A stretch of 64,000 bases of DNA from Paragordius varius. Its lineage: Eukaryota; Animalia; Nematomorpha. Within the stretch, counting starts at the first letter, position 1, and each line of letters begins with the position of its first letter. The translations under genes and the position numbers were made by a program. The notes beneath the pieces are model-generated. The model saw nothing but the letters and a program-made list of their open reading frames with translations. It was not told where the DNA came from and did not search any database. Positions 26,084 to 39,000 of the stretch are shown here, one piece after another. The DNA lies in NCBI GenBank assembly GCA_964247055.1, contig OZ176050.1:3472001-3536000 (forward strand). Direction: 5' to 3'.

Positions 26084-29000
26084 TTATGTGAAGGCACGAT
26101 TCGTGTTATTTATAGGTTGAAGTGTGAAATTTATCAGTCCAGTGTAAATACATGTCAGGTTAATAATTTGATTAGGTTGTACTTCTTGCTTGTTGCTTTT
26201 TAGACTCACAACATGTAATTGTGTAAAATAACTGCCTCCATACTAAAATTAAATGTAAAAAATGTAATAAAAAAATAACCGTAAGGTGAATGTAATCTAT
26301 ATAAATTATATATATGTATAAATAAACTTATTTATATAAAAAAGCGAATACATATATAAAATAATTACAGTAAAATTAAGGGTTCTAAGTATAGATTAAT
26401 AAAATTAAGGTGTATCTTTAAGAATAAGCATTTAGTATATAAATTAAATGACACTAATTATATGTTGCTCCATAGAAAATTATTCAAAACAAAATGTTTC
26501 CATTTATGTCCATTCTAGGTTTTACTGATTTCTTTGATAACCCTCACTAGGAACAAATTAACTGTTTAATTTAGTAAAAAGGGGGTGACCAACATAATTC
26601 GCTTTGCGGACCGTATTTTTGGATCAAAAATCCGAAATATATGGGCATTAACAAATATTTTGTTAGATTTCTTACATACGACTGTAAAAACTATTTATTT
26701 TAACAATTTTTGCTAGTTCTTCCGAAATTAAAAAAAAAGTTATTCAGGAAATTTGTTTAAGAAGATCATTTTTACCTATTATGAACAAAATTTTGTATTT
26801 AAAATTTTCGCGGGTCGCAGAAATATTTTAAACGGCCGCGTGTTGGCCACCCTGTTGTAAAAGGTTTTAATATAATACTTTTGTTAGGTTTAAACAATAT
26901 ATATGAGAAAGGCAGATTGCAAAGGATGGTGAATATCATAGCCTACAAATTAAGAGGGGTAGAATTCGAAGTTATTAATTACATCATTTCCATCATTTGA
27001 AATATTTTTAAAAAACGACTTTTACTCCTTTTCCGAAAAATATTTATAAAGTAATATTAATTAAAACCCTAATAACATACAAAACTTTATGTATAATTTT
27101 AGTCACATATTTTTTTCGGGGCATTAGGGTGTTTATATAAATAGGTTACACCTTCAATCCAACACACTAATAATTAATATTAAATATCATATTGAGATAC
27201 AGTATGCATTTTAATGTATGTTCAGTAATTATATTGCCAGTCAAATAACATAAATGGTTTATCCAATGCGTAAAATACTGACCCACGAAATTATTTCGTA
27301 GTGCACATATGAAAGAGGATTGACGTGAGAATTAACATAGGCTTTAATTTGATGGATATTTAGTAATGTTAAATTTTGAGAATATTATAGCAATTTATGT
27401 TAACATTTGTAATATTGTTGTTACGTATTTAGATGCGGAATTTTGTGGGTTTTTATCTTTGATAAATTAATAAATAGTAAAATACGTATTTTAAGATTTT
27501 TTATGTTAATTATTCCTATTAATAATAAATATTTTTCAACATGCTAAATACCTGTATTAATCAATATTGGTATTATAATTTTATATAGTTGTTATTACTA
27601 ATTAAAAAACACAGGTAAATATTTATTTGTGAAAATTTAAGTAGATTTTAGATTTTTGTCTTTTATGTTTTGCATTTTTAATTATTAATAATTTTTAAGT
27701 ATTTCAGACATTTTAATCAGGTAAAAAATGCGGTTTTTAACAAATTTAGTAAAAATTTAGTTTTTTTTGTATTTTAGGTTTTGTATTGTTAATAGTAATT
27801 AATTACTACATATTTTGGACATTATAATAAATACAGGTAAAAATTGCGGTTTTTAACAAATTTAGTAAAAAATTAGTTTTTTTTTGTTTTTAGGTTTTGC
27901 ATTTTTAATTGTAATTAATTACTACATATTTTGGACATTATAATAATACAGGTAAAAATTGCGGTTTTTATTAAATTTAGTAAAAATTTAGTTTTTTTGT
28001 TTTTATAGGTTTTGCATTGTTCATTGTAATTAATTACTACATATTTTGGACATTATAATAAATACAGGTAAAAATGCGGTTTTTAACAAATTTAGTAAAA
28101 ATTTAGTTTTTCTTTTGTTTTTTTTATTTAATATTGTTAATTGTAATTAATTACTACATATTTTGGACATTATAATAAATACAGGTAAAAATTGCGGTTT
28201 TTAACAAATTTAGTAAAAATTTAGTTTTTTTTATTTAATATTGTTAATTGTAATTAATTACTACATATTTTGGACATTATAATAAATACAGGTAAAAATT
28301 GCGGTTTTTAACAAATTTAGTAAAAATTTAGTTTTTTTTGTTTTTTAGGTTTTACATTTTTAATTGTAATTAATTACTACATATTTTGGACATTTTAATT
28401 AATAGAGGTAAAAAATGAGGTTGTTTTTATATTTAGTAAAAATCTAATTTTTTCTTGTTATTATTTGATGTTAATTGTAATTAATTACTACTTATTTGGA
28501 AAATTTAATAAATACGGTGAAAATGGCGGTTTTTAACAAATTTTAAATGTAACATTTTTTGTATTTTATATCATTGTTATTTAATTAATTACCAAATATT
28601 TTGGACATTTAAAAAACTGGTGTTAATTGCGGTTTTAATAAATTAAAATTTTAAAATTTTTATTCAACCTTGCTAATTTATTTATCACTATATATTTGAA
28701 CATTGATATATACAGGTAAAATTACTATGATTTGCGGTTTTTAAAATTTTTAAACATTATTTTGTTTTACATTGATAACTAATATAATAAATATAGTTAA
28801 CATATCTGAGCAGGTAAAAATGCATGTTACGGTTTTATGTTTGATATTTTATTTTCCAAATCAACTATTTATATTTTAACAAACACCTTATGTCACCAAA
28901 GATTGAAAATAAGATCAAGATATATAAAACATCTTTTAAAGTATTTGAGTATCGCCAAATATAAATATATTTATTTGAATTATAAATGTATATACAAAAT

Positions 29001-32000
29001 ATTCATAATATTATATTTGAAATTAATATTCTTCTTATTGATATTAATACAGGTAATTTGTTTATATAATTGATAAACGATGCAGTGTGCGTTCATGCTG
29101 ATCATATAGATGAAGAATAGTATGAGATGCAATAATTAAATGCAAATAGAAAGTTTCATCACCATCATTTTATGGGTAGATTCTATCAACTAAAATATAA
29201 GATAGTTAATATATTAGAAAATTGATACCTGGATTCTAAAAGTATTTTCAACATAAATTGGGGGCTAAAACGTTCAAAGTTTGAAAGAGAACTAAGTAAG
29301 GTTGACTTGGCTTTTTAACAACTAAATTTGCAAAAAAATATTTTCTTCATGATAAAATATTTAAAAATGATACTTTATGTTTTTTTCGTTCTACCATTCT
29401 AAACTATAAATATGAAAAGGCTTATATGATTTCACCATACCAATGACGTCAAATAGAGAATAGAAACAAATATTTATTTTCAAAAGCTTTGAATGCAACA
29501 GCACTACAAAAACTAAGCAGGTAACACTAACATTGTTTGTTTTGGTGAAGAATAGTTTTTTATATTTATAGTTTAGGATGGTAGAAGGAAAAAAACATAA
29601 AGTATCATTTTTGAATTTTTTATCATGAAGAAAATATTTTTTTGCAAATTTAGTTGTTAAAAAGCCAAGTCAACCTTACTTAGTTCTTTTTCAAACTTTG
29701 AATGTTTTAGCCCCCAATTTATGTTGAAAATACTTTTAGAATCCAGGTATCAATTTTCTAATATATTAATTATCTTATATTTTAGTTGATAGAATCCTAG
29801 AAAATGATGGTGAAGATCGTTTATCAATTATATAAACAAATTACCTGTATTAATATCAATAAGAAGAATGTTAATTTCAAACATAATATTATGAATATTT
29901 TGTATAATTATACATTTATAATTCAAATAAATTTATTTATATTTGGCGATACTCAAATACTTTAAAAGATGTTTTATATATCTTGATCTTATTTTCAATC
30001 TTTGGTGACATAAGGTGTTTGTTAAAATATAAATAGTTGATTTGGAAAATAAAATATCAAGCATAAAACCGTAACATGCATTTTTACCTGCTCAGATATG
30101 TTAACTATATTTATTATATTAGTTATCAATGTAAAACAAAATAATGTTTAAAAAATTTAAAAACCGCAAATCATAGTAATTTTACCTGTATATATCAATG
30201 TTTCACAAATATATAGTGATAAATAAATTAGCAAGGTTGAATAAAAAATTTAAAATTTTACTATATTAAAAACCGCAATTTACACCAGTTTTTAAAATGT
30301 CCAAAATATTTAGTAATTAATTAAATAACAATGATACAAAATACAAAAAATGTTACATTTGAAGTTTGTTAAAAACCGCCATTTTCACCTGTATTTATTA
30401 AAATTTCCAAATAAGTAGTAATTAATTACAATTAACAATATTAAATAAAAAAACAAGAAAAAATTAAATTTTTGCTAACAATAAAAACAACCTCATTTTT
30501 TACCTTAATTAATCAAAATGACCAAAATATGTAGTAATTAATTACAATTAAAAATGCAAAACCTAAAAACAAAAAAAACTAAATTTTTACTAAATTTGTT
30601 AAAAACCGCAATTTTTACCTGTATTTATTATAATGTCTAAAATATGTAGTAAGTAATTGAACTAAAAATGCAAAACCTAAAAACAAAAAAAACTAAATTT
30701 TTACTAAATTTGTTAAAAACCGCAATTTTTACCTGTATTTATTATAATGTCTAAAATATGTAGTAAGTAATTGAACTAAAAATGCAAAACCTAAAAACAA
30801 AAAAAACTAAATTTTTACTAAATTTGTTAAAAACCGCAATTTTTACTTGTATTTATTATAATGTCCAAAATATAGTAAGTAATTACAATTAACAATGCAA
30901 AACCTAAACATAAAAAAACTAAATTTTTACTAAATTAATTAAAAACCGCAATTTTTACCTATATTAATTAAAATGTCCAAAATATGTAGTAATTGATTAT
31001 AACTAACAATGTTACATAAAAAACAAAAAAACTAAATTTTTACTAAATTAATTAAAAACCGCAATTTTTACCTATATTTATTAAAATGTCCAAAATATGT
31101 AGTAATTGATTACACTAACAATGTTACATAAAAAAAACAAAAAAATAAATTTGACTTAATTTAATAACCGAATTTTTACCTGATTAAAATGTCTGAAATA
31201 CTTAAAAATTATTAACAATTAAAAATGCAAAACATAAAAGACAAAAATCTAAAATCTACTTAAATTTTCACAAATAAATATTTACCTGTGTTTTTTTAAT
31301 TAGTAATAACAACTATATAATATTATAATACCAATATTAATTAATACAGGTATTTAGCATGTTGAAAAATATTTATTATTAATAGGAAAAATTAACATAA
31401 AAAATCTTAAAATACGTATTTTACTATTTATTAATTTATCAAAGATAAAAACCCACAAAATTCCGCATCTAAATACGTAACAACAATATTACAAATGTTA
31501 ACATAAATTGCTATAATATTCTCAAAATAACATTACAAAATATCCATCAAATTAAAGCCTATGTTAATTCTCACGTCAATCCTCTTTCATATGTGCACTA
31601 CGAAATAATTTCGTGGGTCAGTATTTTACGCATTGGATAAACCATTTATGTTATTTGACTGGCAATATAATTACTGAACATACATTAAAATGCATACTGT
31701 AAGTTGACTAGATCCATGATAATTGAAGCTAAAAAGATATTCTACCCTTTTAGTCCCACATTCATGGAGTGGAATGTTTAACGTAATATAGCTCTGTAAG
31801 AGTTTAACATTTTGTGAAGATTCATAAACAGTACAGTTTTTATCGTAATTTCCAGCAATAATTTTTCCATCAAAAAATTCCTGCTTAGAAGTAGTCATAA
31901 GAACGACATTCATCGAATCATCGCTGCAAAAATGCCTGACTAATATTAAAAATATGAATCATTCCAAAAAATATTATGATGGTAAGAACATAAGATTAAA

Positions 32001-35000
32001 ATATTACTTTGGTTATTTTCAAAAGTTTTTGTAACTTTCTAAAATGAGATAAATTAAATAAAATCATCAAACTTTTGGTATCACATAATCACATTCAATA
32101 CGTTGATCTATGATTTGTTTAGGAAAATTTAAATGCAATATGTTGGAAAATTGGATGAGGGAATCGTTTAGCACCTAAGATATAGATTTAAAATTTATCA
32201 ACCGTTTTAAAAAGTATTTTTAGAAAAGTATTAAAATTAACTTTTTCATGTGTATCGCATTGATTTAATGGAATAGGTAGGTATAAATCTGAATTGAAAT
32301 AAATTTCGCCTCGATACAAAATACAAGAGTTTGAAGATCCAACATTTATTTCCAAAAAAATTGGTGATGGTTTAACAGATAAATATTTTAGCGTAACTTC
32401 CATTTCATTTTTTAGACAGGAAAGTTTTGCGTCATAATCTAAAACAATAAATAAAAAAACTGAGAATTGATCAAAAGTGTTTTTGATTTGAATTTATTTA
32501 TTTTTTAAAACAAATATCATTGAAATGTGATTTTAAAATAATATGGTCTAAAAAATAACCCTTGAACATGTTATTTTAACCACCTGAAAATTGTGTTCAT
32601 ATACCAAATTAAAAAAAAATTTAGTTTTTTCAGTAATTGTTAATTGAGAAACATGCTATTTTTAAAAATTTGGGAATGACAATCTATATAAATAAATAAA
32701 TAAACAAATCAAAATTTTTAAAATGGCTAACTAAACATACAATTTATATGCTTGGCAAAAAAGCTTTGATATTTATAAAGTCAAGCGCCTATACATACAT
32801 CAAATTTTACATTATAGGAATTTCAAAGTGTGAAAATTTGACTAAAATATCGGTTTTGTGTAATCTTTACTTATACAGTGGCTCACTATCTTTTTTAAAT
32901 TAAAACATAAGATTAACCCAATCGTACCTTAGGATGACATATGAAAAAGTTTGGATAAAATTAACAAAATATTTAATACCGTAACGAGCACTATATAGAC
33001 CATAGCTATAATTTAAGTAATTAAAAGTTTAAAATTTACATGGTAAACCCTTTTAGCCATTTAAAATACAGATATTATTGTCTCCATAAAAGTGCTCGTT
33101 ACTGTATATGTTATTGGGCTGTATAATTAATAAAAAGTAAATTTTAAAAAGATAATTAATTAAAATAATTATTTCATTAACTATGGTACTTAACATTTGT
33201 CATATTTTTACAAATGTTTTGTGAGCAAGTGTATAGCAACTAAGAAATTTAAACAAAATTATAAAATTAATGCAATATTTTAAAAATTGTTTTCTTTCAA
33301 AAAGCTGATTAATTAAAACAAAATTATATAAATTTTGGAATATTATTTATTACAAGCCAAGTTTTAGCAATTTCGATACATCAAAAAATAATAAGCAGTT
33401 AAGAGTCTCTTTTTTACTTTTTTATTAAAGAGTAAGGACTTAAATTATATCCGGACATATAAAGGCTTTAACACTCGCCTGTCCAGGGCTGACTGTGATG
33501 ATGGAAAAATGCGTAGTTTCGGGATTTGAACTCTGGCACGCTGTGTAAGGTTCCGGGGCCTTATTTACTATAACATCAAGCCTCCGATTCATCTAAAAAT
33601 ATATAAGGCATCTTGAAAAACAGCTGACCGCTTAAAACTAATTAGTTTTTAGGTCTCATTTTCCTTATATCCACACTATCCCCGGAAAGCCGCTGATATT
33701 AAATAATTCAAAAATTAAAAAACTCCATTTCAGAATTAAAATTTGGCACACTGCTTTTTATTTTAAAATCCCATATAAAATATAAGCAGTGTCCAGTTAA
33801 AAATATTAATTATGGAAAAAACTTAATATTTACCTGGAATTCTGTCTATATCAGTATTGGATGCCTCTATCTGCCGCTTTTGACGGTAACGATATTGATT
33901 ATTATAGTGCCCATTTCTATTATATTTGTTGTATAGATGAGGATGAGATGGACCCGTGAAATCATAGATAAAATCTTGAAAATATTTTTTGTTTTCCCAA
34001 GATTTAGATTCACATTTAGCCGTGTGAATTGTACGCCCAATTACTAAGGGTAAATCCAAAAAGGTATAATATTCAATCTCGAAGTCCAGTATATAGGTCC
34101 CATCTTTGATCTATTTATGGTGAACGAATTAAAACTAAATATTTCTCATACCTAATTTATGCTACATCATACACGTTTAATAAATGTGCATTTAAAAGCC
34201 AACACTCCAAACATATATGCCCCCTGTTCACACCACAGTGAACAGGAAAATCTATATATTTATAAAAATGGAAAATGCTGGCTTTGTGATCTGTTTCCGG
34301 AAAACCGGTAGACCCATTCAAATCCAAATGTCGAAAAAATATAATCATTAATAAATGCCCCGACAACAGCTTCGCTCTTTTTTTGAATTAGGCCCCCAGT
34401 TCGGGCTTACCCCGTGTAAAAACGGTTTTTTTTGAAAACAGAAGTCCACAAAATCGTGTCTTTGTGACAATTTTCCGGAGATGTTGGACCATTCAATTTC
34501 AAATATGATTTTAGTTTACTTATTTTCGATTGCGCCGAACATAGTCGGCTCGCTTTTTTAATTTAGGCCCCCTTTTTACCCGCTCCCCCCGTAAAATGTC
34601 TTTTTTTTCAAAAAACAAAGTCCACAAAAATAATTTTTTAAACCTATTTTTCGCCCAAGATATGTCTGTTAAAAGGCAAAAATTTTAGTCAAGCGTTTCT
34701 TTGATGATAGCTGCTGGGTAAGGAGATACCCGCTAAAAACTGTCCCGTCATATCGAAATAGCGTGCCTTTGGGGCTAAATTTCAAAAAACCTATCAGGCC
34801 ATATGAGTTTAGTCCGTTCTTAAAATATTACCAGTAAAAAAATTTAAGTCGAGCGGATTTTTTAAATTAGCGGTTAAATAGGCCCTTTACGCCCTAAAAA
34901 ATGCGCCAACATAAAATAATTTTTTAATTTAAGGCCATTTTTCCGAAAACAAATGAGAGCATATGAAATCAATCATGATTCCAGGTTTTCTCCGTGGCAA

Positions 35001-36026
35001 AAATTTTAATCAAGCGCTTTTTTTGTATCTGCCTCTGGGTAGGGAGCTACCCGCCTACAACTGCGCCACCATATTAAAATATCGTTGTTTAGGAGTTAAT
35101 TTTCAGAAAACCTAGGCATAATGGCCTGAAATATTTAATACCCCCTGAAAAACAAATATAGTATAGGGGTTATATCAATGAGTCGATAAGAAAAGTTTTA
35201 CGCCCTGAAAAATTCGCCGCCATAGAACAATTTTTTGGTTTTAAAACAATATATCCAAGAACTTATAGGAACATATGGACATTATAATTGCAGATATTCC
35301 CCATATAAAGACAAAAATTTTGCCCGACGCTTTTTTATACCTGTCTCTGGGTAAGAAGCTACCCGCCAAAAACTGTGCCATTATTAAGAAATTGCGTTGT
35401 TTTGGAACTAATTTAAAACTTATGCCATATGAGCTTAATTAAAGTCGAAATATTACCCGTAACTAGGTAAAAATTAGGACCAGGCGTTTTTTTATTAGGC
35501 GTTAATTTGGGGGCTTTATGCCCTAAAAATACGCCATCACATAACGATTATTTAGTGTTGAGATATTTTTTCGAAATCCCATGAGACGATGGTCTCAAAG
35601 ATGATTCCAAATATTTTCCCTATAATGGCAAAAAATTTAACTTAACGCTTTTCCATATAGGCCTATGGGTAGGGATCTACCAGTTTAAAATTGAGACGGC
35701 ATGCAAAAATGGTGTGGCTTTGGAGCTAATTTTCAAAAAGCTTAAGAAGCCATACGAGTTCAATAAAAGCTTTAAATATTACCCATAAAAAGGTAAAAAT
35801 TATAGTATAGCGGTTTTTCCGTTAGCCGTCGATTTGGGGCTTTTACATTAGTAAACAATATATTAGTATGAATGCACCGTTTTAAAAATCCTATGAGATC
35901 TTAGCTACTAAATAATGTTTCGAAATAATCCACATATAAAAATCATTTTATTGTCCCTTTTTTCAAATACCCCCCCCCCCCCCCCCCCCCAGAAGTCCGA
36001 AGCTCACGTGATTTACGCTAGTAATG

Positions 36027-36064
<38 letters not shown>

Positions 36065-39000
36065 GTATCAAAAAAAATAATTAGGTTAGACTTGAGGCAT
36101 GATTTTAATTTTTTAATGGCCTGAAAAAATAATACTTTTATATTGCATTCCGGAATTTTGATATCAATTGAAACTATATTTGAGGAATTACCCATCCATC
36201 TGCAAGCATTTTTACTATCTTTTATTTTCCCATAAAACTTTTGTGGAAAACTTAACTTTAAATGCATAGTATTGGTGGACTTTGAACAATGAACATTTAT
36301 CTATATATAACATATGTTGAGGGAGAATACATTTAACAACATTCAATTCGATATATAATTTAATATATAGATAACCGATGGTGCCTTAATATCTGAAGGG
36401 ATCCCAGCTTCAATGTTTATAGACAGTGGTGTCACCATTTGTGTCATATCCTTTTTGTCATCTTTTTTCTTGACATAATCTTTATCGTTTTCGCGATTGC
36501 TCGATTCGTGACCTGATGTATTGATATATTCTTTCATAGATAGGGGCAGAAGTTCTTCGGCAAATGTCTTATCGTTTTTAGAAAATTTTTCATTAACATT
36601 ATTTTTTATATGCTTGATTTCTTCATCAACTGTTTGGTGTATATTAGGCTCATTTTCTTTTACAGTTTCTTTCATCAAAATGCCGTAATTGGCAAAATCA
36701 GTGTTTTTTTGGGAATCATACATTAGGTTTTGGGTTGCCTCGTGTTTTGCTTTTGATGCATATGAGGCCTGATTCAAATTTTGCGTATAATGGCCGTTTT
36801 TAATTTTTTCATCTTTTATCTTTGACAAAGTATCAACTACTTTTGACGGTAAATTAGATTTTATGAACCATTTCTTATAATTTTCACCAGATTCTTGTTC
36901 TTTGTGATGTTCAGGAATATTATTATACCTACTGCTTTCCAATTTTATATTATCTTTCAACAACAAACTTTTGTCCCATTGCGTCGTGCCAAGTTTCGTA
37001 ATGTTATTTGATTTTTCACCAAACGCATGTCTGAGAGGAATATTATTTTTATTTTGATTGTTAGTGTATCTGCATAAGAGATTGTGTTTTACAATGAGAT
37101 TCTCTGAGTTAATATGTTGAGATTTTGTAGGATATTCCGCATACAAAGCGGTCCGATATATTTTCGGTGTCTAAGGTAAATAAGTTTTAATAAATAATTC
37201 AATCATAACATATAAAAAATGTAATCAATATGCACATGTTGCGCCAAATTTCCGTTCATTATAATTTTTTATTTTTAGTCTTTAATATCACACCGATTCC
37301 GTAATCCAAAATATTGAGGTGACATTAATGAAAAACCCGAAAAACGATTTTAAGCAGCCAGCTGTAAAACTTTTTTGATGAATACACATGGGCTGAGACA
37401 TATGTTTCTATATCACTAATTTTTGTAAAAATTTATTTACGGAGGCTTTAAGTTTAAATCTGATTAAATCAGTTTTGTATAAAAAAGCTTAGTTAACAAT
37501 GCCTCTTTTGGTTTTTGTAACAAAAATATACCTCGTTCGGTACCTGAGATGGAGGAAGTAAAATAGCTAAGGTATTTATTATCAAAAAACATATTTTTTT
37601 ATATTTATATACCACATTTTTACTTTTCAAATATTATATTTATAAAGCACATTTTTACGTTTCAAATAATAAAATTTCTAAATTTTAATTAAAAAGCTTA
37701 TATATTTTCCTCAGGTACTAAACGGGCCGATCTTATGTATTTTTACAAAAGGTTAAAACCCCCCATATTTAAAATGAGATTTGTAAAGTTACCACATTAA
37801 AACAAATTCAAACGAAATTGTATGATACTGTATGTATATTCCGAAAAATCTAATTTTCAAAGAAAGTTATTCTAATTATTACTTCTTCCCACGTACAATC
37901 TTTCAACGGTATATTTAAGGTTGTTAGGTTTCCAAAAAAATTACGAAAAATTTTGGATGTAAAGTCACATTCGGGGTTATCTCGTTTAGCTATAGAGTTG
38001 CTAAATTTATCTTCAACTCTTTTATTATTTTCTCTAGTGGGAGATGACAATAAGTTAGATGTAGTATAAAGTCGAATAGGAAATCCAGTTCGATATTTTT
38101 CGTTTGCCAGAGTATTATTGATGCTCAAATAAACTTTCATATGTTTTGGATTGCATTTTAATTTAACTGTGGTGCAAAAATATAATATGTGGATATTTTT
38201 AATTACGTGATAGAAATATAATTACAAAAGGACTTACGTTGAGCTGGAATGTAGTCCTAAAAATTAAAAAAAAATCAATAAAAACTTTTCCAACAGTTGT
38301 AATTAATTTTAATTTTGTAATGGTAAACAACGGATTGGTTATGTTTTTGTAATAACAGTTGTTAAAATCCGTAATATTGCATAAAATATTTTTTAGGAAA
38401 TTTAGAGAATATTATGACATACCGATTGTATCATTTCTTGAATCAATGTTCGGTTTAAAGCATCCGTTTTGAAAGGTTTTCTGATATAAAGATTTAATAA
38501 TAATTACAACTTGCATAATATTTTTTGTTTAAACACTACTGGGTTGGCATGCTCAAACGACTTCGGCTTAATGAACAATTCATTGCTGAAAAAGTATTGA
38601 TTCTATGATAAAAAAGATTACGCATTTTTTAAATTAAAATTTGGTCAAAATAAGTCAATTTCAATTTTCCTAAAAAATGGCAATTCTACTTGTGAAGTTC
38701 CACAACTATTGATCGGAATATTCAAAAAACCCGTCCATTCATCCATTATGTTAGAAAAACAATTAGGATCAGAACCCTGATCTTTGGTAAAGATTGTTCC
38801 AGAGAATTTTTCATTAAATTTAACATGAACCTTGACGCCTAAGGATCCGCATTCAACGTTAACTAAATTAAAAAAACATTTAGTATGGAGACAGGAAATA
38901 AAGAGCAAAATAATTATAATTTTACTTGTAGAATTGGAAAAAGATAATTTCTTCGATGGTTGTTTGGTGACATCGTCTAGTTTTTTTACCTAAAATTTAT

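Noticed and set aside
27720-28420. Regular ~114-bp repeats resembling a CRISPR array
   Set aside because: Whole units repeat with no unique spacers, no cas genes, eukaryotic context, mirrored in the opposite arm of a transposon. The 21-bp units at 51360-51455 fail for the same reason.
28837-29073. ORF near the centre of the foldback element as a possible transposase
   Set aside because: 78 aa of AT-biased composition, no DDE or HTH motif.
33505-33540. Possible tRNA gene (GTTCAAATCC T-loop motif)
   Set aside because: No acceptor or anticodon stems can be formed; treated as a SINE head.
34157-34366. Recurring peptide (LMIIFFRHLDLNGSTGFPETDHK) also at 60575-60805
   Set aside because: Chance translation of the shared Helitron 5' end; not open across all copies and unlike Rep/Helicase. 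ORFs 35915, 40415, 52620, 53189, 53817 and 60710 are similar.
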